Shown: positions 11,556 through 23,518 of the stretch, piece after piece
Layout: each line of letters opens with the position of its first letter
Position numbering within the stretch: the stretch's first letter is position 1
Assembly (NCBI GenBank): GCA_002189035.1
Contig: NEEC01000008.1
Coordinates: 1,550,001 to 1,614,000, forward strand
Source: Utricularia gibba
Lineage: Eukaryota; Plantae; Magnoliophyta
Reading direction: 5' to 3'
Length of the DNA: 64,000 nucleotides
The notes under the pieces: generated by a model
The model's input: only the letters and a program-made list of their open reading frames with translations
What the model was told of the DNA's origin: nothing
Databases searched by the model: none
Made by a program: the position numbers and the translations under genes

Positions 11556-14500
11556 ATGGAGGCCGGCGGAAGTACTCATGTAAAACGGCGAGTGAAACGC
11601 TTGAATGGATTGATGCGATCGTGAGGTTTCTCAAGTCTTACAGATTCTTCTTGGATGCTCACGTTGTTAATTTCTTCAAGGTAATTTGTCGCCGTTTCTG
11701 TTTAGAGTAGAGTACGTAGTTGAAGATCGTGGAAATTCGGTTTCATTTTACAGGATAGACTGTGGGAGGAGGTTGATGAAGAATGGATGGATTGTTTGCG
11801 GAGAGAGCCAATGGAGTCACTACTGCAAATTCCATCTGGAGTTGTTCAGGTGCTGTTTGTCTCAATGGCTAACGTTTGATTTGTTGTCGAGGAAGATGCA
11901 ATGTGTTATTCAAAACGGTTCCTGTATTTTTTATGCCAGGATCATTGGCCAGCTTCGCTTAAGAGATATGCCCACACGTTGGAATCGCTGTCATTTTCCA
12001 GATTCCAAGTTGATTTAGAGAAGGCATTTCTCACTTTAGCTACGGCGTAGATGATTTTAATCTTTCACCTTATTTTTTCAATGCTTCCTTCCTACTTTAT
12101 TTTCATGGGGATATTCAGCGTGCTGTCTTGAGATTATTTCTTCAGTGTGATAGAAAAGGGATAACTCGTAGTCGGAGAAGGACTGATGTTTTTAATTTTG
12201 TATCTTTTCTTGCTCATTACAGGTTTTTCAAGGCCTTAGGATAGAGAGCCTGAACAATGTCATATCCCAGGGAATGAATAGGAAGAAAAGACATGAAGTA
12301 TACATTTACTTCTACTTTTCCCTTTGTTTTTTGGTTACTATTCGTATCATTTAAAGCTATATTTTTATGAATGTACTTCTATATGTACCGATACATGAGT
12401 AAGGGGACTGCTTCTGAGTTCTTAGGTAGATGTATTCTTTTGTCATTACTTGCGTCTAAAAGTTCGCAGAGGTTTTTAGTTGATTTTGGAATCCATAAAA
12501 AACCAGACGGAAGAATCCTACTCAATTTTACATGTTTCTTGTAGTATGACATCCAATATTTTTAAGTAATAAATCATCAATATTTATATTATTTTAATTT
12601 GTCTCGATGTTTTTTTGAGCAGGTGGAATCCCTTGCTGGTGTAATTTCTTCCATTGCCCAGGAAGTTGGAGCCAAGACTATTGTGGATGTTGGCTCAGGT
12701 CAGGTGTGACTCCCTTAGTTTTTCACTGCCATCGATTGGAATCCATTTCTTTTCTGACAATTTAGATTTTTGTTGGTCTTATTGCAGGGCTATTTGGCAC
12801 AAGTCCTTTCATTTGAACATGATCTTTCTGTTGTGGCAATTGATGCTTCTTTTCATCATGGAACCATTACTACGTCACGTGCCCAGCGGATACTAAAGCA
12901 CTATGTTTCTAGGAAAAGAAAATTGGGGTACAATTATTAGGACCTTTCATTTAGTTCCCGAGATGCTGTTATCTTGTTGCACTTGCGGCTTTTCATGAGT
13001 GCCCTTTTCCACTAAATTTGTAAGGGTATTATAGTGATCTCCTTGCTGTAATTATATGTTTATGCAGAGCTGTAGTATTTGAGTCAAAGATTCTTTTGTA
13101 CTGGTTAGATTAATAGTGTACTCATTATCTATTACACTCATGTGCGATATGCGCTCACTCAACAGATTAGGGAACAAGTGTTTCAGCACTCCAAGAACTG
13201 TCACCTGCCAAGTGCTGTCAACGAACAGTTTGAAGGATGTATTAAACAACAGACTGCCAACTGATGGTTCTAATAAGTCAGTAATTCTGAGAGAAGACTG
13301 TGATATAGGATCTCCTCAAGAATTTGGATCTCCAATGAAAACCGGTGAAAAGCCCTTTTTGGTTCTCGCTGGGCTTCATGCATGTGGTGATCTTTCGGTA
13401 ACCATGCTCAGGTGAAAATCTTCTTGCAATATACCAATTGCATATTCGCTTGGTGTTTTCAGTACTTTGTTACTTGTTATCCCACCTTGTTTCTAATAGA
13501 GGACCTGATCAGCATTTCTATGTTTTTTTTGTTCACATGCCTCTGTATAGTTGGTCCCCTTGATAAGCTTTTGAGTTCCATTGAACTATGCTTCCTTTTT
13601 TATTCTTCTGAGTTTGGCGGTTGATGTTAATTCTTACATGTAGGACATTTGTCGAGTGTGAAAAAGTCAAAGCAGTAGTTAGCATTGGTTGTTGCTATAA
13701 CTTGTTATCTGAGGAGGGAGGCCCTAATGATGTTGAGAAACAATGTGGTTTTCCAGTGAGCACAGGTGCTATACCCATCTGTTCTAAGTTAGGTAAAAAT
13801 GCCCGAGATCTTGCTTGTCAGGTATTTTCTATGTTCCGCTGATGGTTTTTGGATTCTCTCTTTCCTTAGAGGCGCCAAAACCTGCATGTTTTGGCATCTT
13901 GTTACAATGCAGATGTGTGAGGGAAAACTGTGTGATCTTTATCTAGTTGATATAGACCTTTTAGGTTATCTCATGGTGATGCATGCAGTTGTAGTTCCTC
14001 CTCGCTGGTCCCTGGTGCACTTCTTTATCTCAAATTACAGATTGAAATTTGTTTACTTTGTCAGAGTGCAGAAAGATGGAGAATCTTGGGAGAAGCAGTG
14101 GGCCATTGCAATTTTCAACTTCACGCATTTCGTGCTGCATTTCAAATGGTTAGCTCTATCCATTATATTTTATTTACTCTCAGAAGAACTAACTGGTAAT
14201 ATCTCCAACTGAAGGTTCTCCTAAGGCATTACCCGGAAATCATTCAAAACATGCCTGCAATAGGGCGTCAAGGGAAGGCCTTGCGTCGCCATCATCAACA
14301 AAGCATGCTGGAGTGTAGCAGGCGTAATGCCGAATCTTCATTTATTGATTCAGAAGGTCAGAAGACTTGCTGCTTCTTACCTTTAATTATGCTGCTTTTT
14401 TCATGCCGAGACAAAAAGTTGAATCGAATACGAAAAATTGATTTAGAATAAGCAGCAAATGAACAAGATGAGTTTCAGTTCGATAACTATGAGTTTTCAT

Positions 14501-14964
14501 GCCATTCCATTGGTATCTCCTTGCAGGTTCTGTAGGTGATGCAAATCCCCTGACTAGCGAACCTCCGAATCTGTCTAAATCTGTTGATACATATTCCACT
14601 TTTGCTGACTTCTGCAAGTCAGGGCTCGCGAAGCTTAACCTCCATGAATCACATGTTGACTACTCTGGGATTTGGAAAGAAGCAGAAGAATATTCCGTAA
14701 GCGTTTTGTCGGTGTTTTGACTGTTGGTAAGCAGCATTGTATGTATTCTTCCAACATTGATTTGAGTTTTGTCTGCAGGATCTGATAGGACCTTACTGGA
14801 CACTTCGCGCTGCTCTCGGCCCTGTACTAGAAACACTTTTGCTGCTGGACAGATTACTGTTTCTCCAGGAGCAAGGGGCTGCTATCACGCACGCGGAATT
14901 GGTACCTTTATTTGATCCTGCATTATCCCCACGAAACATAGCTTTAATTGCTAAAAAGCAATGA
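11556..14964 (+). CDS. SAM-dependent methyltransferase, METTL25/RRNAD1-like, multi-exon; start at 11556 (needs +1 G) or at the in-frame ATG 11492
   Basis: Exons encode YSCKTASETLEWIDAIVRFLKSYRFFLDAHVVNFFK, QGMNRKKRHE, the SAM motif TIVDVGSGQGYLAQVL, GLHACGDLS, VSIGCCYNLLSE and the final WTLRAALGPVLETLLLLDRLLFLQE...FDPALSPRNIALIAKKQ* (stop 14962-14964). Confidence 0.9.
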
Positions 14965-15399
14965 CCTGTTCATTATTACGTTGTTTTTGCATTCTTTTGC
15001 ATTTCCATTAATCGAAGATTGCCCTGTTGTCACATTCATGATAGTGAATACTATTTTGCAACCACTTGAATACAATATATGAAAGACTACACGATGATGG
15101 TTGTCTCAAAAGCATGCACTGCAGAATTTTTTAAATCCCTTTCGACAATAAATGAGTCTTGTAAAGTCAAAAATCCTCTGAACAAATGCAGAATCATGAC
15201 CTGGCTCAGTGTACCTCCGGTTTATTTTTTTTCAAACTTACAGGAAGTGTCATGTGTCATGGTCTGCTTTCTTGTGTAGACGTGCAGCTTCATGCCCCAG
15301 GCTAATTCAGACATGAGGATATGAACTGCCCATTCGGTGCAGGATTCAAGGCTTCCCATTTTGGTCTAGGGACCTAAAATCGACTGGTGTCCCTGATCC

Positions 15400-18300
15400 T
15401 CACAGAGGGAACTCTTTCTGTAGAATATCCACATTCCTCGCGTCGCACGCTTCGATCATATCGTTCCGTGATGCACAGCTAGGAGGATAAAGTGTTGCAT
15501 ATTAAGCACATGGATGATGATAGATGATGATGATGATCTTACCTCAGGGAGATTCTTAGATATTGCCAGGCGTTATCTGCCTTCGGATTCATTGCCAGTG
15601 CACGAACATAGTAACGAATCGAATCCTCGTACATGCCCTGACCATAAGGGCAACGCATCAGGAGCACAAACTAGAGAATTATGTAAGAAAGCAATAAAAG
15701 GGAGGCGAGTGACTTCTAGAGATCAAGAATCCAAAGGTCCAATCCATATATACATGTAATGTGTGTGTGGGATCATGTACTTGTTAGGATCTCCATATCA
15801 TCCAACTCTTGTTCATGATTTTTTACCTGATTGGCGTAGCTGATGCCCATGTTTGCCCATGCTCTCACGTAGTTGGGCTTCAAGTCTAAAGCCTAAAAAA
15901 CCAAGATGAATAAAAACATTGAACAGTCTCAGATTTCATCGGGCATTCATATAATTGTTTTGGAGGAGGGCAAGTTCATTTCTTCAACCTGTTGATACGC
16001 AAATATTGCATCGGCACTCTGCACGCTATTAGCTTGGGTTGCACCGAGCTTGTTCCAGAGAGAGTAGTCTTGGGGTTTCAGTTTCAAGGCTGTTTGGAAA
16101 GCGCCAATTGCTTTGTCATACTCCCTGGAGAGACTGTACAGCACCCCAAGCACTACATGCACGTCAGCATCACCCGGAGACAATTTAGCCGCATCCTTGA
16201 ACAAACCAGCCACCTATGCCAGTATAGAAACAGTCCCGTATGATTTTTTTTTTTTTTACTTAGTAAACAGCAGCTCATCATCAATATCAATGCACGGCAA
16301 AACGAATCACATACACATGAATTCAGCCCTGCAGTTGGAAAGGGACTTACATCAGCATGATAGAGATTCTCAGGCTGCTGAGGAGGGGGAATAGACCCAT
16401 ACTTGGGATGATGGCACAGCCAACTGTATAGGTACTTAAGTGCAGCTGCTTGTTCCGATTCTATGAAATTTAAGCGAAACTGGGTATCATTTCCCATTGA
16501 AAGGATATTGTTGTCATACGTATCGTGAAATGGGCCTTGACTAACCATTTGTGTAACTCACTCCAAGAGCAAGAAGAACTTCCAAGTTAGTCGGATCGGC
16601 TTCATGGGCCTTCATCATGGCAGCAATTGCCTGAGAAAGAAAAATCACCTGATAAGTTAAATACATTATACAACCATTGAAGTTGAAGTTTACAATAATT
16701 CAGGGTAATGGAGTCCAGCATAATGTTACTACGAATAATGTTATCACCTGATAAGTTACTACGAATAATGTTACTAGAATGCAATACAGAAATGTAATTC
16801 TAGTCAGTGAAAAAACTTCCAGGATTAGAGATATAGAACGTGTTTCAACCTGTTGATCATCATCGTTCTCAGCATGCGCTATACCAAGTAACCTCCACCC
16901 CTCAGCATTGTCAGGGTTCTTGAGAACCTCAGCTTCAAGAGCAAGAACTGCTTCACTTAATAGTCCTTTGCGGAAAAGTTCTTGCCCTTCCATCAAAGGA
17001 TTTGGATGTCCAACGTATGGATTTAAATCAGAGAAAACATATACACCCCTTGATGCTTCCGAATTCCTCTTCATTGCAGCCATCTCATGTAAGTACCTGA
17101 AGACCAGGATTCAAAGACTTAAACATGCATCAAGTGGAACACGAATGAATGGTTAAAGAAACAAATTGTTTCATTACAGGTTTCCTGCCACATGATCATG
17201 ATTATTATACACAAACTAGACAGTGCAGACTATTGTTTACGTAATTGCTATTTGTCAATTCCCATGCTCATTCAATAATGAAATGACATGTTTTCTCCTA
17301 CCGCCATTCCTGGTTAAGAAAAATAAACTCTTAACTCTCTTGTGCCTTGTACGTGACACACACACTGAACCTGGACGTGGAAACTAATACTACATAATCA
17401 CAACTAGTCATGTGGTCCGTTTCTAGGTTATTTGTGAACTTACTCGTCATATCCATTTGCCCAATTCTCCGTGGAGGAATCACCCAAAGTTCCATTAGCA
17501 ATCTGATGCTGAAATTCTTCAGACCAATCATCGACATTTAAGTTGGAAAATTCCTTAACCCAGTCATCCTCTAACTGGCCATGCCCTCCGTGCTCAGTGG
17601 CAAATTCACTGGCCCAATCCTGGGGCCTATGATGGAGCTGAAAGTAGTACTGTCTTAGAGAAAGAGCACTTGAAAACATGAATTCGTTTTAGCTTAATCT
17701 AATAGGAAAAAATATGCTGTTAGTTAAAAATAAAATACATGGATAAGAATTTTTGGCTATGAACGATGAACTGAAGGAAAAATTAACTTGTTGTATATTT
17801 TGTTACCAAATGCGAACTCGCTTGCTCTGAAGCAAATTGATCAGCCCATGAATGACCACCACTATAATGCTTCTCATACTCATCTGCCCAGTTCCCAGGT
17901 CCAGACACTGCACCTTGCTTAAGCTGATTATCCTCAACAGTGATTTCACCCCGGCTCATCTTTGATACAAACTGTAGGAACTTTGAATTCTATTTGCAAA
18001 GACAGATATATAAGCGTGTTTTCAAAAGAATGAACTAATGAATAAAATATGCTAATTGATTACATATGTTCTTCCCAGACAAGAACAGACCAAATGAAGA
18101 GCTTTATGTGGTGGAAGGATAATATGCACTGGCTATATGACTCGGAAATATATATTCAAGGATAATTATCAATGAAGAAATTATGGAATTGAAGCTTACC
18201 TGAAACTTGGGATCACTATTTTGAGCTAATGTCTGAGCTAGGACACGAGAGTGCTCTACCACATTTGGCTGGGCTAAATTTGAAATTCCCATTCTTTGAA

Positions 18301-20370
18301 CTGAGGAAAGTTGGGATTGTTCCTAAAAGTTTCCGTAAGGAAGAAATTTCCAATACATCATTGTCATGAACTCAGTCATAAGGTAGTTCCCTCTATCTAG
18401 GAAAAATTGGTGTAACATTCAACAAGAAAATATTTACTACAAAATAATTTCCTTACATGCTCAAATTCAGATGCCCATCCGTTTGTACCATGCTGAAGTT
18501 CAAATGACTGGACCCAATTATTTGGATCCTCATGAGGTCTTCTGTGTTGCGTGAACTCAGAAACCCAACTATTTGCTCCGTTAGGTCCTCGAGCCAAACC
18601 TTGGGACTCTTTCCAATATTCCTCTAACTCTGGAAATCTTCCAGGAATCGAACCTCTACCCTGAATGTTGTTGTCGATATCCAAGGAGGACAATAGCGCA
18701 TTGACCTGAAATTACAAAAGGACAACATTACCTGCACTGCACAAAGGAATGGCAAGCAGATAAATAAACAAGCCATCAAAGCTAGAGGAATAGGCTAAAG
18801 AGAAAAAAAAAGACAACAAATAGCAATACCAAGACTGAAGTGAGATTTTTATGTACTAGTTACTGGCATATGCAATGATGGGTAATCATGTATGGGTTAC
18901 ATATGCAGGCGTATAAGCAGAACCTGTGAATGAATAAATTCTTCGCTTTTATCTGCAAATACATGGCGAGCCATGATGCTGCTGCGATCACGTATGCACT
19001 TCTTGTCACTGTCAGACAACCCTAAAGCTGGTAGTGAAGTAGGCCGAAATGGCATACCGCTATGGGTGCTATGAAGAAATGACTGCAAAAAATCTGATAA
19101 CACCCTTTGTGGTGGCCCTGCGTGATATTATGATATTAGACTATCATGAAATAGTAAAAAACGCTTTTGAGAGAAATGAGATGTCAATTCGCCAAGTTAA
19201 ACACATTGAGCAATTAGATGCCCACAAGGTTCGAGGGTAGTTTATCAAACTACTTGGCACATAATATTAACGTTAGTTTTGATGTTTAAGGAAAGGGAAG
19301 GTAGAAATGCTGATCAATAGAGCACAACGACAATTCAGACGAGATGGGAAGTCAATGGCTTTGAGATCATGAATTACCATCAAAACCTTGTTGAAGGCGA
19401 TGCTGAGAAAAGTTGTCAAGACCATCCGTGATATGATATGGTGGAAATTGAGACGTCTGAATCTCATTCCAAGCATCCGAAAACCCAGTTTGATCCACAG
19501 AGTGGAAGCCTTTGAGAAATGCAGAACCCTAACAGAAAAAGAAGTCCAGCATCAGCATGGAAATTTACAAAGTAACAAATATCACCAAACAATAAATGCC
19601 TACCTGGGCATTTGGAAGTTGTGTTTGTTCATGTTCTAAGCCAGGGAGGGCTGCAAAAGGCTCTTGCTCACCCACAAATAAGTTTCCATCGGTTCTTGTA
19701 GTTGTCGCTGTTGGTATCTCTCGAAGCCTTTCCTGGTTGAAAAAAGACAAAGCTTCAGTCACATATAAACGAGAGAAAAATCATAATAAAACTTTCTACA
19801 GCTGCTTTACAATATCCAGCAATATGACACATCGAGAGAAAGAACATAATGAGAACTTATGCATAGGCATATCCCAAATTGCTGATATGGATGTCTCACC
19901 CTAACATTATAAATGTCAGTTTGCCGGTAACAATTTCGGGCTATATGATCTCTCAGGGAGGATGAATAGTCCCCAGAGGAAAAACTTAGTCTCCATACAT
20001 AACCCCTCAAATGCCATTTTACAAAATCATTTCTTCACAATTCACAAAAAGATGTGGGCTCATGGAACACAGCAACAGCGAAACCCAAAAACTATTACCA
20101 CCATGTCCGCAAGAATTAGATAAGTAAACCGAAAAATCAAAGACATCCATAACTCATCTTGCACACAGGCTGAATCCCCAAGTCCCAAAACGGCGAAAAA
20201 AAAAAATCAAAAAACAAAAACAACAAGCCACCCGGAACTCATGGCACAACCTGTGTCTTGGAGGAGGAACCAATAAGAGAGTTTACGAAGGCACCCAGGG
20301 GATTCGATGATGATGAGGTACCCGGAACCGCGCAGGCGGCACCCCCCGTTACCAGGTCTCGCATCGCCAT
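15400..20370 (-). CDS. PEX5: Peroxisomal PTS1 receptor PEX5, multi-exon
   Basis: Starts MAMRDLVTGGAACAVPGTSSSSNPLGAF (ATG 20370, conserved N-terminal Cys). Has multiple WxxxF/Y motifs (WVSEF, WASEF, WADEY, WVKEF, WSEEF) and TPR repeats (LSEAVLALEAEVLKNPDNAEGW, LWNKLGATQAN, ALDLKPNYVRAWANMGISYANQ). Ends ILQKEFPL* at 15400. Confidence 0.97.
16644..16775. repeat. Patchwork direct duplications inside a PEX5 intron
   Basis: ATCACCTGATAAGTTA occurs at 16644-16659 and 16743-16758. GTTACTACGAATAATGTTA occurs at 16725-16743 and 16755-16773. Confidence 0.85.
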
Positions 20371-22980
20371 CTTCAATCGAACAAGCACCACTCACAGCCC
20401 TTCTCCTCCAGTTCTTCCACAACCTTACGAATTCACGATCATCTCTTTCCAAAAGGAAGTCGCATCACACTTCTTGAGAATTGTGTAGGATATGATTTTT
20501 GATGGCCGCCATCTGTAATTTTCCGGAGTTCCTTCCTGCCTTCGACCATGTCACCAATCCCTAAAAGGATAAATTATTTGAAAGAATAATTAAATAATTT
20601 CCTTTTATAGGATAATTTTTAATCACTAAAAAAATGGATTTTAAAAACTAATAAATAAATCCATATCTTTTTTTAAAAAATAAACATTACAAATCAAGAA
20701 GATTACATCTACCTAACCCAATAGCCATGCCTCATAATTCTTTCTTTCTTTTCAAATTCCAAAGCATTTAGCCTATTATTAACGACTCATATGAAGAATA
20801 AATGACAATTAATGACTAGAAAAATAAAAAAAATTAAAGTCTAATTTGGTAGAGTATATAATCTTAGTTTTTTTTTAAGATAAGAGGTATGTTCTGTAAT
20901 TGGAAGTTATGATTTATATTATATAGAATAAAATAAGTTGTAAGAATGATTTTGTGAGATAGTATAAATTATATGTTATAAATTTTAATATATTAAATTA
21001 TTATACAAATTAATATTATGATATGAATATATTTTTAGATTAGATACAAATTGAAAAAATAGTTATTATTTAATTAATCTCTCATTTAATCATTATAAAA
21101 GACTTAAAAATAAATAATTTATCAATTTAATTACAAAATCTGAATTTCTGATTTTTATTAAAAATGGTTAAAAATTAAAATTTTAAAAAATGAAAGAAAA
21201 TCAATTTAAAAATTATATACACATAACACATCCAAGATAGCTTGATTAATTGTTTGATAGATAATTGTACATAAAGCATGGTACAAGTGGAGACCATTAA
21301 ACGCAAGTTTAGTTGGTGTGGAAACTTGGGGATTTATTTATAAAATAATAATAATAAATTACATTGGATAGAAAATGATGACGTGGAATAAGAAAAAAAA
21401 ATTAAAAAATGAAATACCTGAAATAATAAAGCGGTTGTGTGTGGAGCATGCTTCGTCACGCGGCCTTTCCTATGGCTTGCCTGCCTGTATTTATAACCCT
21501 TTGACCGACATATGTTTTAACCCATGGGAAATGGGCCACCGCTGATTATAATTTATTATAAATTCAAAATTATTTTTTGATAAATACTTCCAATAAAATA
21601 GAAGCTAGAGTTTGCAGCTTATTATTTTATAATAAAAAAATATTTGAAAAAATGTACCGAATAATCAATTCCATACCGCAAGTGAAGGGGGGCGGATCGA
21701 GGCCACACAGTGAAAGGGGAGATGCATACGGGTGTGGGGTGCCCATCTGGCTGCAGCCACTGCAGGCTTCAAAGAAACCGTACTTTCCACTGTTCACAGC
21801 TATCCCTTCACTTCCTCTTCGTATTTTCATCTTGGTTTCAGTAATGTGGAAGAGGGATCGGTGCCCAGGCCACCATCATCGTCCCAAGAGTGTTTTTTTA
21901 ATCATTTAATGCAGGGAAAGGCGGGGGCCGTTGGATCTGAGATGCATCATCGTCATCTTGGAGAGATATATATAGCAAATGACAGAAGGGAAGGACCCAT
22001 GCTTTTGTCTGGTAGCGTGGATGGGTGGAGCGTCGCGTCGTCAGTGCAGTTTTTTGCTTGTGGCGTTGAAAGTCCGATGGGGAGGGAAGGGGTAAAACCG
22101 ACCTTTGGGAAGCACCATGATGAGTCATGACGACGACGATAGGCCAGTGGGAAACCAATGAATGCTTAAATATATTTTAAAGAAAAAGTAGAAAACAATC
22201 CACCACCGTAACAGTAGTACTCTACTCACCTTTTTGTGTGTCTCCCTTTTTTTGCTTCCTCTCTCTGGTTTCAAAGTTTCAAGTTTGATTCCGAGGCCGA
22301 GTGGAGTTAGATCAAATCGCCTCCTGGTTAGATTGAGTGGTGGAGAAGACAAGTTTTTCATGCCCACATTTTATTTGGTTTCTTACTTCTTCCGAGTACG
22401 TCCCCCTTGTGAGCCTATTGGAGCGTTTGAGTCGTGGGTCTGCTTTACTTCTGGCTTCTGGGTTATTTAGTGAGCTGGTTTCTTGATATCTGTGGGGATG
22501 GAGATGGCTACCTTTCTGTGTAAAGTGTGCTTCTTTTTTGTCAAATCCGTGAAGTGAAGAAACTTGCTGTTTGACAATGGGTTTCTTTCTTTCTATTTTC
22601 ATCTTACGCTACTGTTCATCCAGCCTGACCTGAGATTTGTTTTCTTTTTGAAAAATGAATCTCTTTTCACCATCTTTTGATCCTTGTTTTGAATGCTTGT
22701 AGTTGAAAGTTCGCAATCTCTCCACGGTTCCTTTGATGCTCTTCGTATTCTTGTTTGTTAGCCCACATAAAATAACGTTCTGGGGAGGGTGCTTTCCCAG
22801 CTTTACTACTGTCTCTGCTTCATCTCCTTCAATTAACCCACTGGGATGACATAAAATAACGTTGTTTGAGGGGTAAAATTTCATTCTTTGTTCTAACATA
22901 CTTTTTCTTCTTCTTTTCCCTCCAGGACCTCGGAGGAAGAAATTGTGTTAGATCGTGAAGGACCCAGATTCAATCCGCAG

Positions 22981-23518
22981 ATGATGCCCACTGAAAACCC
23001 TTTACCGGATCCCTGAGGTCTCAACAGGTTTCTTAGCTCTAGCAGGAGATAAGGGAGAGATTGATTAACTTTCTTGATCATATGGCTACTTGGGTCCAAC
23101 TTCTTCTTCATCTGGAGCGACCTTCGGATGAAACCCAATTTCACCGTCATGATGATGCTGCGCCTAACTTTACCTTCTTAGATATAAGAGCCTATTGACT
23201 ACGTACGGATTCTGGGCCTCTTCATCATTTATATAGCCTTCCTGCGAAATGCTTGTCTTTTTTTTATTCACTTCTTGATGCAGTGAAAAGTACAGCAGTT
23301 TGCTTTCCTTCTGCAGGGAATCGATCAACTTTTTCTCAGTCAAAGCTCGAAGCTTGTTCCTGGATCATCGAGTCTGTTGCCGCTGTTTCCGTCAGTTGAT
23401 TCGCTGAGAAAGCTTCATGGGTCGACGGGAAATCGCTTCGTTTTAATCCCAATTGAGGCTGGGGAAGTTAGGAAACTCCCATCGAGTAAACTTCACCTCT
23501 TGCGTGAAATCAGAATCA
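22981..23518 (+). pseudogene. Decayed N-terminal coding remnant of the hapless-8-like gene
   Basis: MMPTENPLPDP* at 22981, DDAAPNFTF* near 23150-23180 with no GT donor, and LPLFPSVDSLR at 23377 in a different frame. These resemble, in order, the family N-terminal motifs as I recall them (MLSxENPPPDP, LPxFSIR, VLPPFQSLDSVR). Confidence 0.55.

Noticed and set aside
21980-22010. miR156-like TGACAGAAG with a short hairpin
   Set aside because: Only 9 nt match, the rest diverges, and the stem is far too short for a pre-miRNA.
22765-22863. 15-bp direct repeat ACATAAAATAACGTT, 84 bp apart
   Set aside because: It is real but short and AT-rich, lies in a probable leader intron, and has no TSD or TIR context to suggest an element.
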